Shown here: one piece after another, positions 9,083 to 11,399 of the stretch
How positions within the stretch are numbered: position 1 is the stretch's first letter
Layout of the letters: the number at the start of each line of letters is the position of its first letter
Assembly: GCA_051294375.1 (NCBI GenBank)
Contig: CM119264.1
Coordinates: 4,521,930-4,533,328, forward strand
Direction of reading: 5' to 3'
Length of the DNA stretch: 11,399 bases
Source of the DNA: Paraspadella gotoi
Lineage: Eukaryota; Animalia; Chaetognatha
Program-made: the position numbers and the translations under genes
The notes under the pieces: generated by a model
What the model was told of the DNA's origin: nothing
Databases searched by the model: none
The model's input: the letters and a program-made list of their open reading frames with translations, nothing else

Positions 9083-9313
9083 CTCTCTCTCTCTCTCTCT
9101 CTCTCTCTTCTAATTCCTTTACCCTCTGGTTTTCTTTACGATTTCTCCTTTTTTTCCCCGCTCGTTTCTTTGTCTTTTATTTCCTCTTGCTCTTTTTTTT
9201 ATCGCTTTCCCCTTGGTTGGCGTTTACTGTCTCCTCATGACTCGATTACCTCTTTGAGCTTCTCCTTGTTTTGGCCTCCGGATTCAGAATCTTCGTCTTA
9301 TCTTTTTCCGACT

Positions 9314-9393
9314 GCGCTTGCGCAGTTTGTAACCACAGATGTCTGACTTTAGGCGATCATTCTCGTGGCGCTTGCGCAGTTTGTAACCACAGA
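9314..9393 (+). repeat. Exact 26-bp direct repeat GCGCTTGCGCAGTTTGTAACCACAGA (9314-9339, 9368-9393)
   Basis: Two identical copies 54 nt apart with unrelated spacer and flanks. Confidence 0.92.
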
Positions 9394-9931
9394 CAGTTTA
9401 TGTTCTTTCTTTTTTCTTTTTCTTTTTTTCTTTTTCTAAGCGTTCCTACGTGACTTAATACTTCCTTTGCAAAATCGGCTCACGAACATCACTAATCCCA
9501 TTAAAATTGTTCATAAGCGACTTTACGCCAAGCATGAGCAAGAAAAAGGCTTAACCGAAAAGTTGAGCATGAAACTAAACTTCTGTTCATATCCCAAGCA
9601 ATGTCGTCTTCCTTTTTCTCAAGAGGCCAACGTCCAGGATGTGCGCGATTTTCCTTCCAAATTCCGCGACAAAGAAAAAAACTCAAAGATCGTTGCCTTC
9701 AATCTTCATAGCCCCCCCCCCGGACCCTCCCCCCGCCAAATCCGCCCCAAACCCCATCTCCCTTCCTCACCACCACCCCTCGCCTCGTCAACCATCTCAA
9801 GAGGGGGTGGGGTCATTTGTCAGCGGTCGAGGGAGAAAGGTGTCAGCTAAATGGTTTTCGCCGGACGGTCCGTTTCCTTTTGTAACCTTTTGACTTTAAC
9901 GATCTCCTCTCCCTTCTTTTGCACTCCCCCC

Positions 9932-10367
9932 CCTCCACTTTTCGCGTCGCCGGTAATAAAAACCAAATCTGTTTTACACTGTTCCGACCAGACACTGCGG
10001 TCGGCTTCTAAAACCTTTTTTTTTTATTTCTTTCTCTCGTTCTTCCAATTCTTTCTCGTTTCTCTCTTCAACTTTTTTCTTCGTTTCTTCGCGCCTTCTG
10101 CAATTTTAATTTAATTAGTTAAACCAATATAAAATTATTAAGAATCTATCATGCCTTCTGAGTGTGGGTGGGTAGCCTAAGATGGGTTTAGACTTCATCC
10201 CTTAGAAGACAATAACATTGAGAAACATTGCAGCTTTTCCCAATTACATCGGTCTGGTTCCGTTTCATCTCGAGTATCACTATATCAGCGTTAATGTTAA
10301 AATAATTTAATGTTAAAATAATATATCAATTTTAGTTTCCTACCTTTTTTTTTTCCACTCCCTGTCT
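9932..10367 (+). repeat. Copy 1 of a ~430-bp direct duplication
   Basis: Collinear with 10982-11399 from CCTCCACTTT(T)CGCGTCGCCGG to CCACTCCCT. Confidence 0.95.
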
Positions 10368-10956
10368 TCCTTCCCCTGTTTGTTATCTCTTTCTCCATCT
10401 TCCTCTCTTCTCCACCTCCTCCCCTCCCTTCCTCCCTCTCACCCTCCCCTGCATCCCTCTCTTTTCTCCTCCCCTCCCTCTTCCCTCCTCCTCCCCCATC
10501 TCCCCTCCCTCTTCTCCCTTCCCCTCTCCTCTTCCCTCCTCCCATCCCCATCTCCTCTTCCCTCCTCCCCACTCCCTCCTTCTCTAACGCTCAGACCGTC
10601 ATCGATATGCCAATCCGTGGTTCTGCATTTCTCTTTGCTTCCGTCACTTAATTCGTTCGTCCTTACCTAACTGCGCGATTCGGAGGCAACGAGGCTGGCT
10701 ACTTACTTTCCCTCTTTATCTTCTTTCTCTGCTTTCCGTCTCTCTCATTCTTCATTTCCCTTCTTCTTCTCCCTCCTTTTTCCTCCTTTCTTCCTTTCCT
10801 TTTTTTTGAGAGGCTGATTAGTTTCTCTCTTTTTCTTTCCTCTATCTTTCTCATTCTTCTCCCCTTTCTTTCTTCTTCCAACTTTTCCCTTTTTTCCCCC
10901 CTTTCTTCTTCTTCCTTTTTTTTTCTCTCTTTCTCTTCCTCTTCCTTTCTATTCCT
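10345..10956 (+). repeat. Polypyrimidine low-complexity tracts (C-rich 10345-10585, T-rich 10700-10956)
   Basis: Almost pure C/T on the + strand. Confidence 0.9.
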
Positions 10957-10981
10957 NNNNNNNNNNNNNNNNNNNNNNNNN
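10957..10981. other. Assembly gap (25 N)
   Basis: 25 N characters. Confidence 0.99.
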
Positions 10982-11399
10982 CCTCCACTTTCGCGTCGCC
11001 GGTAATAAAAACCAAATCTGTTTACACTGTTCCGACCAGACACTGCGGTCGGCTTCTAACCTTTTTTTTTTATTTCTCTCGTTCTTCCAATTCTTTCTCG
11101 TTTCTTCCTTCTACTATTTTCTTCCTTTCTTCGCGCCTCTGCAATTTAATTTAATTAGTTAAACCAATATAAAAATTATTAATGAATCTATCATGACTTC
11201 TGAGTGTGGGTAGCCAATGATGGGTTTAGACTTTCATCCTTAGAAGACAATAACATTGAGAAACATTGCAGCCTTTTTCATTACATCGGTCTGGTTCCGT
11301 TTCACTCGAGTATCACTTATCAGCGTTAGTGTTAAAATAATGTTAATGTTAAAATAATGATATCAATTTTAGTTTTCCTCCCTTTTTTCCACTCCCTCT
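10982..11399 (+). repeat. Copy 2 of the duplication (runs to window end; likely false duplication)
   Basis: Starts exactly at the right edge of the 25-N gap and differs from copy 1 mainly by small indels. Confidence 0.93.

Noticed and set aside
8639-9393. CRISPR-like reading of the 19-nt hairpin repeats or the 26-bp direct repeat
   Set aside because: Eukaryotic context, only 2-3 units, no spacer series and no cas genes.
9467-9850. 127-aa + strand ORF
   Set aside because: Non-ATG start, no codon bias, no convincing splice sites and no recognisable domain.
9984-10004. CCGACC/GGTCGG hairpin as a Helitron 3' end or terminator
   Set aside because: No CTRR terminus at the expected distance, and bacterial terminators are irrelevant in this context.

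Overview
AT-rich, microsatellite-dense eukaryotic (animal-like) genomic DNA from a draft scaffold with two N gaps; no prokaryotic genes, CRISPR array, tRNA or rRNA are visible. Most ORFs in the track are artefacts of (GA)n/(CT)n, (AAAAG)n and (GAC)n repeats. One well-supported internal coding exon lies at 7050-7239 (+). It encodes what looks like the C-terminal half of an extracellular Ig-like domain, so most of the window is probably long introns of an Ig-superfamily gene. The most unusual non-coding element is a ~125-bp GC island (8608-8732): three hairpins at an exact 19-nt period share an invariant self-complementary loop, have covarying stems, and sit inside a longer imperfect fold-back. 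Other leads are a candidate antisense two-exon gene for a 30-aa signal-peptide micropeptide (5671-5330), a 15-bp wobble-containing stem at 3252-3353, a purine-to-pyrimidine polarity switch of the long tracts just before the exon, and a duplicated NRF1-like plus RUNX-like 26-mer. The ~430-bp duplication beside the 25-N gap is probably an assembly artefact.
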